From: Bacteroidales bacterium
GTDB taxonomy: Bacteria > Bacteroidota > Bacteroidia > Bacteroidales > GCA-2711565
Reading direction: 5' to 3'
DNA length: 64,000 nucleotides
Assembly (NCBI GenBank): GCA_963678785.1
Contig: OY787449.1
Span: forward strand, 768,704-832,703
The notes under the pieces were generated by a model that was not told the DNA's origin, did not search any database, and saw nothing but the letters and a program-made list of their open reading frames with translations. The stretch's first letter is position 1. Each line of letters opens with the position of its first letter. This document shows, in pieces, positions 18,407 through 27,018 of the stretch. The translations under genes were made by a program, and so were the position numbers.

Positions 18407-18740
18407 AATCAAGTATTGATTTATTGACAACGATAGAATTGTATAAAAGTATAAAAAAAGAATCATGGATGATCCTAGAAAGCCTAATATGAAGCTATTC
18501 TTAATTAGACAAAATTGGTTTTCATTTTTAATCTCATTCAACCTTCTAGCTCTTGAATACTCCTGATAACAGCGATTTTTAAAACTACGTAAACAAAATA
18601 ATTCTTCGAATCTAAAACTCATAAATTTGCTTAAAGTTTTAAAAATGAATCATCAGAATTAGGGTATTTCCCTCAATCTTCATCCTTATAAGTAAGTTTG
18701 TCAAATTCATGATGAATTTCAAAACCTAATCAACCTAATT

Positions 18741-20996
18741 ATGAAATTCCACTTTCTCATTTTCTTACTTCTATTCATAAACAATGTAGTTTACTGTCAG
18801 GAGTCAAAGAATACTTTTGCTCAATCGAATGAAAATGACATCAGACATTTTGTGCTTGAAAAGTTATATTTGCACACCGACCGATTGAGTTATGTTGCCG
18901 GTGAGGATATTTGGTACAAAGCTTATTTAGCAGACGCCGAAAACAACCAACTCACTTCACACAGCAACAATTTGTATGTTGAACTTATTTCACCTGAAAA
19001 CAAGATTATCCAGCGACAAAATATTCATGTTTACCAGGGTGGTGGAAATGGAGATTTTAAATTAAGTGAGGATTTATCAACAGGAACTTATCATTTACGA
19101 GCTTATACAAACTGGATGCGAAATTTCAAAGAAACACTTTATTACAAACCCATCCACATTGTGAGTGTTAAGAATAATAAAGAGTTAAATGAAGCTATTC
19201 ATTACAAAGCGGATGTTGACTTACAGTTTTTTCCTGAAGGAGGATCTTTAACCCATGAAGTAAATTCTACGATCGCCTATAAAGCTATCAATCCACTTGG
19301 ATTAGGTATTGATGTCCAAGGGTTTATTACCAATTCATTGGGAGACACGATCACAGATTTTGCAAGTAGTCATCTGGGTATGGGAAAATTTGATTTTGCA
19401 CCAAATATCAATCTTGAATACTTCGCCATTGGATCAACAAAAGATGGATTTATTTTCAAGAAAGAATTGCCCAAGATTCAGTTTACAGGTATAAACATAA
19501 AAATTCTATACGTATATGAGAACCAAATTATACTTAGTGTTAATACCAACTCTGAATGTTTAGCAGATTTAAAAAACAAAAACTTAATCATTCAAAACAG
19601 CTGCAATAAACTTTTATCACAAACCCGATTAAATTTAAACTCACTTTCAGACACCATCATCCTTCCTGTTTTTTCATTTCCTGCCGGGGTTTCTAAATTG
19701 AGCTTAATGACTGAAGAGGAAATTCCTATTGCAGAGCGACTTGTCTTTATTCCAAAAAATCAGGATGCAAAAATTCAAATTCAAGCTGATAGTCAAATTT
19801 ATCATACCCGATCAAAAGTGAATTTAGATTTGAAGATTGAAGGGGATTTTGATGACAATGCCGAAGCAAATTTTTCACTTGCAGCAGTTAATCAAACTTC
19901 AATAAACCCAAACGATGTATATGCTTCAAACATCTCATCTTATTATTTGATTGAATCGGAAGTAAAAGGTTTTATTGAACAACCGGGATATTATTTTGAT
20001 GCTGAAAATGAAGATCGACTAGAAAATCTGGATCTATTGCTAATGACGCAAGCTTGGCGCGATTTCAAATGGAAATATCAAACCGATTCAATTTCAAATT
20101 TAGTTTATGCCGTTGAAAATGAATTTAGTATAATTGAGCGTTTAAGAATTTATATAGATTCTACCGTCAATCCACCGCCCGATATAAATCCAATGTCTTA
20201 TATAAAAACTAAGATTAGTAAGGGAGTGATTGATGATATTCGAGAAGATGCATTTTATAAAAAAATGATCAAAACCAGATATGGATTAAACGACACGGTG
20301 GTTTTGAATGAATTCGAAAAAATAGCAAGTAGAATTGAAGCAGAAAAGAAAGATGAACACCTACGAATATATGAACCCCTCAAAAAAAGTGACACTCATG
20401 AAATGGATGGTTATGAATTGGGCTACAAAAATATCATTGAATTTTTAAGGGGCCGGTTTGCCGGACTTGAAATACTCGGACAGGAGCCAAACATCATTAT
20501 TCAGATTAGAGGCCCAGGAAGTCTAACCCAAGGTTCTGAGCCGCTGTGGTTGCTTGATGGAATGCCGGTTGAAAGAGATCGCATTCTTGATTTTGAAGTT
20601 GAAGAAGTAGATAAAATTGAAATATTGAAGGGTGCTGGTGCAGGTATATTTGGAGTAAGAGGTAAAAACGGGGTTATAAGTGTTCTGAGTAAACAAGCCA
20701 GATACGGGCTGGATACATTTGAAAATCAGGACAAACAAAAAGCATTAGGTAAGTATGACTATTTCAAGCAAAGAAAGTTCTATGCTCCGAAATACGACCA
20801 TACCCAAACTGAAAATAAAGCACCTGACTACAGAAACACCATCCATTGGGAGCCTTTTATTTATAGTGATGAAAATGATGAAGCCCAAATTAGTTTTTAT
20901 AATTCAGATGGTAGCGGTACCATCCAGATCTGTGCCGAAGGTTTAACAAGATCAGGAATTCCAATCATGGGTAAAGCCACTTATAAAGTGAAGTAG
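18741..20996 (+). CDS. Secreted protein with C-terminal TonB-dependent-receptor Plug-like domain but no barrel
   Basis: 751 aa, signal peptide MKFHFLIFLLLFINNVVYCQ. Plug-like segment LWLLDGMPV...VDKIEILKGAGAGIFGVRGKNGVISVLSK, with only about 100 aa after it. Confidence 0.55.
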   Translation: MKFHFLIFLLLFINNVVYCQESKNTFAQSNENDIRHFVLEKLYLHTDRLSYVAGEDIWYKAYLADAENNQLTSHSNNLYVELISPENKIIQRQNIHVYQGGGNGDFKLSEDLSTGTYHLRAYTNWMRNFKETLYYKPIHIVSVKNNKELNEAIHYKADVDLQFFPEGGSLTHEVNSTIAYKAINPLGLGIDVQGFITNSLGDTITDFASSHLGMGKFDFAPNINLEYFAIGSTKDGFIFKKELPKIQFTGINIKILYVYENQIILSVNTNSECLADLKNKNLIIQNSCNKLLSQTRLNLNSLSDTIILPVFSFPAGVSKLSLMTEEEIPIAERLVFIPKNQDAKIQIQADSQIYHTRSKVNLDLKIEGDFDDNAEANFSLAAVNQTSINPNDVYASNISSYYLIESEVKGFIEQPGYYFDAENEDRLENLDLLLMTQAWRDFKWKYQTDSISNLVYAVENEFSIIERLRIYIDSTVNPPPDINPMSYIKTKISKGVIDDIREDAFYKKMIKTRYGLNDTVVLNEFEKIASRIEAEKKDEHLRIYEPLKKSDTHEMDGYELGYKNIIEFLRGRFAGLEILGQEPNIIIQIRGPGSLTQGSEPLWLLDGMPVERDRILDFEVEEVDKIEILKGAGAGIFGVRGKNGVISVLSKQARYGLDTFENQDKQKALGKYDYFKQRKFYAPKYDHTQTENKAPDYRNTIHWEPFIYSDENDEAQISFYNSDGSGTIQICAEGLTRSGIPIMGKATYKVK

Positions 20997-21091
20997 AATA
21001 TAGATAATCAATTCATAGTTTATGAAAACAGAAAATATTTTTGCTCATAAATAACTGATTATCTATACAAAACTCAATTTTTAACATTTTT

Positions 21092-21107
21092 TACGAAATT
21101 TTTCGTA
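21092..21107. promoter_or_regulatory. Candidate BlaI-family operator 1 (TACGAAA-TT-TTTCGTA)
   Basis: Perfect 7-bp arms. Located just upstream of the -33 region of the blaI-like promoter. Confidence 0.55.
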
Positions 21108-21138
21108 CTTATTTCTTGACTTCTGTAAATTACGCCAT

Positions 21139-21146
21139 TACTTTTG
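21139..21146 (+). promoter_or_regulatory. Bacteroidota-type -7 promoter element TACTTTTG (TAnnTTTG)
   Basis: Matches TAnnTTTG. A TTG-containing -33-like element (tcTTG, 21114-21118) lies about 20 nt upstream. It is 32 nt before the blaI-like ATG. Confidence 0.45.
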
Positions 21147-21148
21147 TT

Positions 21149-21164
21149 TACGAAAACATTCGTA
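21149..21164. promoter_or_regulatory. Candidate BlaI-family operator 2 (TACGAA-AACA-TTCGTA)
   Basis: 6-bp arms identical to operator 1. Lies immediately downstream of the -7 element, over the expected transcription start. Confidence 0.55.
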
Positions 21165-21177
21165 GAATAAAAGAGCA

Positions 21178-21564
21178 ATGAAAAAATCAGCCATAAAACC
21201 CACCGAATCGGAACTGGAAATTCTTCAAATACTCTGGGAATCAGGACCAAGTACCGTAAGATTTATTAATGATCGCCTCAACCTCAGCAAAAAAGTTGGC
21301 TATACAACCACCTTAAAGATCATGCAGATCATGGCCGAAAAAGGAATTTTGAGTCGAAATACTGAGAGCCGGACTCACATATATTCATCCAACATCAGTC
21401 AGGATGATGCCCAGCAACAAATGCTTGATAAACTGCTAAAAACCGTTTTTGGTGGCTCAGCTAAAAAGCTGGTCATTCAAGCTTTGGGAAATCACAAATC
21501 GACTCAAACCGAACTGGAAGAAATAAAAAAATTAATCAATGATTTGGAAGGAGGTGAAAAATGA
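21178..21564 (+). CDS. BlaI/MecI/CopY-family winged-helix transcriptional repressor
   Basis: 128 aa. N-terminal pattern ELEILQILWESGPSTVRFI...GYTTTLKIMQIMAEKG is typical of the penicillinase-repressor family. ATGA overlap with the downstream M56 gene. Confidence 0.85.
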   Translation: MKKSAIKPTESELEILQILWESGPSTVRFINDRLNLSKKVGYTTTLKIMQIMAEKGILSRNTESRTHIYSSNISQDDAQQQMLDKLLKTVFGGSAKKLVIQALGNHKSTQTELEEIKKLINDLEGGEK

Positions 21565-23891
21565 ATTTTACGCAAAGCATTTTCTCATCCGACTTATTAA
21601 CCTCTTTTGGTTGGACCATCCTTCATTCCATCTGGATTGGAGGAATCATATTCATGTTTGCTTGGGTTCTTCTATATTTGCTCAGAAATAGCAAAGCCAA
21701 CTACCGCTATACAATTGCTGTTGGCTCTTTACTCACCTTTCTGCTTGCCGTGATTATTGCATTTTTTAAAATCTATTCACTGCAATCCATTCAATACAAT
21801 TTAAATATTCCGATAGGCGAAAACTTTATCCTCATTTCAAATAACTTACTCGATGCCAGCAATCTCTCTAAGTTCACAGATAAGTTTTCGTTATCAGGCA
21901 TCGAAAACTATGTAAACCAAAACATCCCATTGATGGTTGTAATTTGGTTACTCGGATTATTGTTTTTCAGTTTCAGGTTTCTTGGGGGATTAATTTATAC
22001 CTATCGCTTACGATCTCGATCAAAGAAGGCTGAGAATAAAGATTTCAATGCAATCATTCATCAGGTAAGTAAAAAGATTGGACTTCGATCAAGAGTTCAA
22101 CTTCGAGAATCATCCATCATCAGCAGCCCCATGGTCATTGGTTTCATCAAACCAATTATTTTACTCCCATTGGGCATGGCTAACGGGCTTTCCTTGCACC
22201 AGGTCGAAGCCATACTTTTTCATGAAATTGCCCACATTTACAGGTTTGATTACCTCGTAAATTTAATTCAATCTATTGTTGAAGTTGTACTATTTTATCA
22301 TCCTGTGGTTTGGTGGTTGTCTGCACATATTCGCGCCGAACGCGAAAACATTTGCGACGATATTGCCATTAAACACACAGGTAATGCGATAAATTATGCC
22401 AAAGCTTTAACAAGCCTTCAGGAATTAAACAATCAAACACCAGACATCGTGCTGGCATTTTCAAACAAAAAATATCGCTTTATGAACAGAATCAGAAGAC
22501 TATTGGGTTTACCCCAAATTAATAACAACCTCATGGAAGGATTGATTTCCTCTCTCTTATTAATCGTAAGCATTATTCTCTTCACGACCCATGCAGGTCC
22601 TGTTTTTGCTGAAAACAACATAAGTAATATCGGGGAAGAAATTTCGCTGATTGAATCAAGTTCAATACTTCAGATGGATGTTGATCAACAAAAGAAAGTT
22701 AAACAGCAAAAAAATGAGGCTATTGATAATGCAAAGAAAGTTGAAATTAAGTTACTCGAAAATCAAAAGATGATTGAAACCACTACAAAGAAATTAAGTA
22801 GTGCACAAAAATCATTCATGTCGAATTTGGAGAAAATGAAGCAAAAAGATGCGAAATCGGGCAATACAGACGAAGCTTTGTTTGAGCAATTTCAGAAAAA
22901 ATCGATGGCTCAAACAAAAGCCATTCTGAAAGATCTTGATCTCCAGAAAAAGAACTTCGTTTTGATTTCAGAGAAACTTAAAGAAATATCTCCTCAACTG
23001 GATAAAGTTAAAGCTAAGCAGCTCCAATCAATGTTGAAGAAAAATAAAGAGATGCTGGTTAAAGCCATGGATAAATCGGAATACCTGACCCAATCTTTCA
23101 AAATCAAACAAAAAAAGATGTCAGCAAAGTCAAAAGACATCATAATGAAAGAAAAGCTGAAGCAGAAAGAAGAAAAGCAAGCTCAGTTGATGAATGAAAT
23201 GCAATATAAGATGCAAAAGATGGAGGAAGTCTCTATGAAAGAGATGCAGAAAAAAATGGAGTTTTTAAGACAATCGCAACAAAAGCTTGAACAGGCTCAA
23301 AAACAAAACATGGATAAAGAAAGCATAAAAAAAATGCAGAAAAAGCTGCAAATCCAGGAGATGGAGCTAAAGACCAGGCAAAAAGAACATGAACGCAAAT
23401 TAAAAGATTTGAAATCGAAAATGAAGGATCGAATTGCTGACCTGCAAGAAATTGAAGAAGTAGCGGAAATTGAGATGACTGAAGTTTTAGAAGTGGAAAG
23501 TGAAGCAGAAATGATGGAAAAGGAGAATATGACCAAAGAAATTGAGATGGCTGAAAAAGAAGAAATGGTTGCTGAAGCTGAAATGCCAGAGGAAGTAGAA
23601 ATGGAACGCGAAATGAGTGAAGATCTGGAAATGGCCAGATTAAAAGATAAAGAAATGATTAAGAAAGAGATGACCTATAAAAAGGTAATCGAAGCTTTTT
23701 CAGAGCAATTAGCCGTAGATGGATTATTAAACTCAAACGGACAAACAGAAGTGGTATTAAGCGGCAAAAAGCTAAACGTTAATGGAAAGGCGCAGTCAAA
23801 AAAACTATTCCGAAAATACAGCAAATTATTAAGTGACACCCGCGGAGATAAATTATCGGGAGACAAAAAATTCATATTAAATCTGGATTAA
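21561..23891 (+). CDS. BlaR1-like M56 family membrane metalloprotease/signal transducer with long K/E/Q/M-rich coiled-coil C-terminal region
   Basis: 776 aa. TM segments, then the zinc motif FHEIAHIYRFD (HExxH). The region downstream of the last TM (about aa 350-700) is low-complexity and coiled-coil. No recognisable penicillin-binding sensor domain. Confidence 0.8.
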   Translation: MNFTQSIFSSDLLTSFGWTILHSIWIGGIIFMFAWVLLYLLRNSKANYRYTIAVGSLLTFLLAVIIAFFKIYSLQSIQYNLNIPIGENFILISNNLLDASNLSKFTDKFSLSGIENYVNQNIPLMVVIWLLGLLFFSFRFLGGLIYTYRLRSRSKKAENKDFNAIIHQVSKKIGLRSRVQLRESSIISSPMVIGFIKPIILLPLGMANGLSLHQVEAILFHEIAHIYRFDYLVNLIQSIVEVVLFYHPVVWWLSAHIRAERENICDDIAIKHTGNAINYAKALTSLQELNNQTPDIVLAFSNKKYRFMNRIRRLLGLPQINNNLMEGLISSLLLIVSIILFTTHAGPVFAENNISNIGEEISLIESSSILQMDVDQQKKVKQQKNEAIDNAKKVEIKLLENQKMIETTTKKLSSAQKSFMSNLEKMKQKDAKSGNTDEALFEQFQKKSMAQTKAILKDLDLQKKNFVLISEKLKEISPQLDKVKAKQLQSMLKKNKEMLVKAMDKSEYLTQSFKIKQKKMSAKSKDIIMKEKLKQKEEKQAQLMNEMQYKMQKMEEVSMKEMQKKMEFLRQSQQKLEQAQKQNMDKESIKKMQKKLQIQEMELKTRQKEHERKLKDLKSKMKDRIADLQEIEEVAEIEMTEVLEVESEAEMMEKENMTKEIEMAEKEEMVAEAEMPEEVEMEREMSEDLEMARLKDKEMIKKEMTYKKVIEAFSEQLAVDGLLNSNGQTEVVLSGKKLNVNGKAQSKKLFRKYSKLLSDTRGDKLSGDKKFILNLD

Positions 23892-23920
23892 ACCATAAAA
23901 GTCGGCAATTAAATATAATC

Positions 23921-23953
23921 AAAAAAATCCGTTCAAATTGAACGGATTTTTTT
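23921..23953 (+). terminator. Intrinsic terminator after the blaR1-like gene
   Basis: aaaaaaATCCGTTCAaatTGAACGGATttttttt: perfect 9-bp stem flanked by an A-tract and a T-tract. Confidence 0.75.
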
Positions 23954-23986
23954 ATAAAGTTTTCATACATTTACCGCTAAAAACGC

Positions 23987-25159
23987 ATGGCCTACAATTT
24001 TGATCTAATCATCGACAGAAAGAACACCAATTCTTTAAAACACGACATCACCAAAAACATTTTCGGAACCTCAGATTTACTCTCAATGTGGGTTGCAGAC
24101 ATGGACGTTGCAACACCTCCATTTGTGATTGAAGCCTTAAAAAAAAGATTAAATCATGAAGTTTTAGGATATACTTTAAGAACAGACACCTTCGATGATG
24201 CCATCATTAATTGGATGGATAAAAGGCATGCTTGGAAAGTAGAAAAGGAATGGATAAAATACACTCCGGGTATTGTGCCTGCAGTTAACATGAGTGTTAT
24301 TGCATTAAGTGAACCTGGCGACAAAATCCTGATCCAGCCACCTGTGTATCATCCTTTCTTCCCTGCGGTGACTGATCATAAGCGGGTACTTCTGTATAAT
24401 GAATTAAAACAAAATGAAGAAGGCTCATACGAAATTGACTTTATCGATCTGGAAACAAAATTAAAAGAAGCCAAATTATTTATCTTTTGTAACCCTCACA
24501 ATCCTGTCGGAAGGGTTTGGACGATGGAAGAATTACAGAAGATTGGTGACTTATGTATCAAGCATGAGGTCATTATTTTATCAGATGAAATTCATTCCGA
24601 TTTAATTTTACCCGGTTACAAACACATCCCAATGGCTTCAGTTTCGGAAGAAATTGCACAACAAACCCTTACTTATATGGCGCCAAGTAAAACATTCAAT
24701 TTGGCAGGTTTGGCAACTTCATTTGCCATTTCAAAAAATGAAGACCTGATTAACGGTCTTCAAAATCAGATAAATATTTTACATTTAGGAATGGGAAATT
24801 TATTTGGAGCCATCGCTTTGGAAGCAGCCTATAATAATGGGGAAGGCTGGATTGATGAGCTAAATGCTTATATTGCAGAAAATGCCAAATACATTGATGA
24901 GTTTTTAAAAGAAAACCTCCCGCAAATAAAGCTGATCAAACCAGAAGCAACCTATTTGATGTGGTTGGATTTTAGAGCACTTGGGATGGAGGAAGAAGAA
25001 TTAAAGAAGTTCATGACCGATAAAGCAAAATTAGGTTTTAATAATGGTTCAATGTTTGGATCGGGAGGTTCAGGTTTTCAACGAATGAATGTTGGTTGTC
25101 CAAAATCAACGGTAATCCAAGCCATGAATCAGTTAAAAGAAGCCATAAATAATATTTAA
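23987..25159 (+). CDS. PatB/MalY-type PLP-dependent C-S lyase (aminotransferase class I/II)
   Basis: 390 aa. PLP-lysine context YMAPSKTFNLAGL. The overall pattern is typical of cystathionine beta-lyase PatB. Confidence 0.8.
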   Translation: MAYNFDLIIDRKNTNSLKHDITKNIFGTSDLLSMWVADMDVATPPFVIEALKKRLNHEVLGYTLRTDTFDDAIINWMDKRHAWKVEKEWIKYTPGIVPAVNMSVIALSEPGDKILIQPPVYHPFFPAVTDHKRVLLYNELKQNEEGSYEIDFIDLETKLKEAKLFIFCNPHNPVGRVWTMEELQKIGDLCIKHEVIILSDEIHSDLILPGYKHIPMASVSEEIAQQTLTYMAPSKTFNLAGLATSFAISKNEDLINGLQNQINILHLGMGNLFGAIALEAAYNNGEGWIDELNAYIAENAKYIDEFLKENLPQIKLIKPEATYLMWLDFRALGMEEEELKKFMTDKAKLGFNNGSMFGSGGSGFQRMNVGCPKSTVIQAMNQLKEAINNI

Positions 25160-25160
25160 G

Positions 25161-26081
25161 ATGAAAATTCAAGCTGCTGTTGTTCAGGCAAGTCCGGTGT
25201 TTTTTAACATCGACAAAACCATTGATAAGGTAGAGAAAATTGTAAAAGAATATGCTGCCAAAGGTAGCCAACTCATTTTATTTCCTGAATCTTTCATTCC
25301 GGGTTATCCCAGAGGTTTTGATTTTGGATCAAATGTGGGGAAAAGAACTGAAGCAGGCCGGGAAGTTTATAAAACATACCGCGATAACAGCCTTGAAATT
25401 GGAAGCAAGGAATTTTTAAGATTAGAAGAAATTAGCAAGAAGAATAAAATTTACTTGGTTATCGGCGCTACTGAAAGAGAAGCCAACAATGGCAGTTTAT
25501 ATTGCTCAATGTTTTATTTTTCGCCAACGGCAGGATATCTGGGTCGTCATCAAAAAATTAAACCTACCGGCGTTGAACGCTTAATTTGGGGCGAAGGTGA
25601 TGGAAAATCATTGGTCAGCTTTGACACCAAAATTGGCAAAATGGGTGGATTGATTTGCTGGGAAAATTACATGCCTCCGGCCCGTATGAGCATGTATCAA
25701 AAAGGAGTTGAGATTTATCTAGCTCCAACGGCAGATGCCCGACCAGCCTGGACAGACAGCATGAAACACATCGCATTGGAAGGTCGATGCTACGTGCTGG
25801 GATGCAACCAATATTTCGAAAAGAAGGATTATGCTCCTGAATACCAAAAACTGGCCAGTAACGAAGCAGAAGTTTTATCTGCCGGAGGAAGTGTTATTGT
25901 AGCACCAAGCGGTGAAGTTATTGCTGGCCCTTTGTTCGGAAGCGAAGGAATTTTAACGGCCGAATTGGATTTAGAAGCGCTTTACAAATACAAACTCGAT
26001 TTTGATGTAAATGGTCATTATACGCGCAACGACATCTTCAATTTTGAGGTTAAAAATCAACCAGATTCCATCAAAGAATAG
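25161..26081 (+). CDS. Nitrilase (carbon-nitrogen hydrolase, branch 1), paralogue 2
   Basis: 306 aa. Triad contexts FPES, HQKIKP and GGLICWENYMP. The start is 1 nt after the patB-like stop. Confidence 0.85.
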   Translation: MKIQAAVVQASPVFFNIDKTIDKVEKIVKEYAAKGSQLILFPESFIPGYPRGFDFGSNVGKRTEAGREVYKTYRDNSLEIGSKEFLRLEEISKKNKIYLVIGATEREANNGSLYCSMFYFSPTAGYLGRHQKIKPTGVERLIWGEGDGKSLVSFDTKIGKMGGLICWENYMPPARMSMYQKGVEIYLAPTADARPAWTDSMKHIALEGRCYVLGCNQYFEKKDYAPEYQKLASNEAEVLSAGGSVIVAPSGEVIAGPLFGSEGILTAELDLEALYKYKLDFDVNGHYTRNDIFNFEVKNQPDSIKE

Positions 26082-26269
26082 AAATTCTAAAAACTTCAAC
26101 AAATTTCGTCCATTTGTTATCTACTTTTGTAGAACAAATGTCCATATTTGAATATTTACATAACATTATAAAGCAAAGACTTATATATTGCCCGTTTTAT
26201 TTGTAATTAAGGCTCCATAATGTATTAACTTTGTAAGATAAAAGCAACTAAAAAATACTTACTTTTATC

Positions 26270-27016
26270 ATGATTGAATTGGCCTTTTTCCCCATCTTAT
26301 TAACCATCGCAATCATTTTTGCGGCCTCTACACTTAAGGGAATTACCGGCTTTGGATTTGCACTTTTTTCAGTACCACTTCTCTCATTTATTTTCCCGAT
26401 GAGTATGTTGGTTCCGGCCATTGCTTTGTTCAATGTGGTAACCAGCACCTATATTTTATTTGGGTTGAAAGAAAAAGTTAAATGGTATTATATCGTTCCA
26501 ATGTTTGTTGCCAGTCTGGGTGGAATTCCGCTTGGAATCTACGCTTTAGAATATTTAAACGAAGATACCCTAAGACTCATTGTGGGAATCATGGTGATTA
26601 TCTTTTCTCTAAAACTATTAAAAGGGGTTAATCTAGCCAAGCGATTTAAAAAAATGCCTTTATTTTTTGCAGGCTTTTTAAGCGGAATACTTACAAGCAG
26701 CGTTTCTATTGGTGGGCCACCACTGGTCATTGCCATGAGTCGTAAAGGCTATCATAAAGAATTTTTCAGAGCTGTTTTTTCCTGGTTTACCGTTTTTAGT
26801 TCAACTTTTGCTTCTGTAGCCTTTTATGTAAAAGGATTCCTTACTCCCGAATCTATAAAATTTGCCGCTTTGGCAATACCATTGCTTATTTTAGGATCGG
26901 GATGGGGAAATAAAATTGCTCAGAAAATACAACAGGAACAATTCCGGAAATTAGTTATTTATGTAAATGTTTTAACGGGCTTGATTATTATTATTACAAG
27001 CATACTTGCCAAATAA
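26270..27016 (+). CDS. TauE/SafE-family (sulfite exporter-like) permease
   Basis: 248 aa with about 8 TM segments. Characteristic GITGFGFALFSVPLL and GGPPLV motifs. Confidence 0.75.
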   Translation: MIELAFFPILLTIAIIFAASTLKGITGFGFALFSVPLLSFIFPMSMLVPAIALFNVVTSTYILFGLKEKVKWYYIVPMFVASLGGIPLGIYALEYLNEDTLRLIVGIMVIIFSLKLLKGVNLAKRFKKMPLFFAGFLSGILTSSVSIGGPPLVIAMSRKGYHKEFFRAVFSWFTVFSSTFASVAFYVKGFLTPESIKFAALAIPLLILGSGWGNKIAQKIQQEQFRKLVIYVNVLTGLIIIITSILAK

Positions 27017-27018
27017 AT

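Noticed and set aside
18703-18719. Perfect 17-nt palindrome AAATTCATGATGAATTT, 22 nt upstream of the Plug-protein ATG
   Set aside because: It is a single AT-rich palindrome. About one such 8-bp-arm dyad is expected by chance in a window of this size and composition. There is no second copy or known motif match.
23297-23536. 79-aa minus-strand ORF inside the blaR1-like coiled-coil region
   Set aside because: It is an antisense reading of a GAA/AAG/ATG-rich repeat, which naturally stays open (TTC/CTT/CAT). The translation is Ser/Phe/Ile-rich nonsense.
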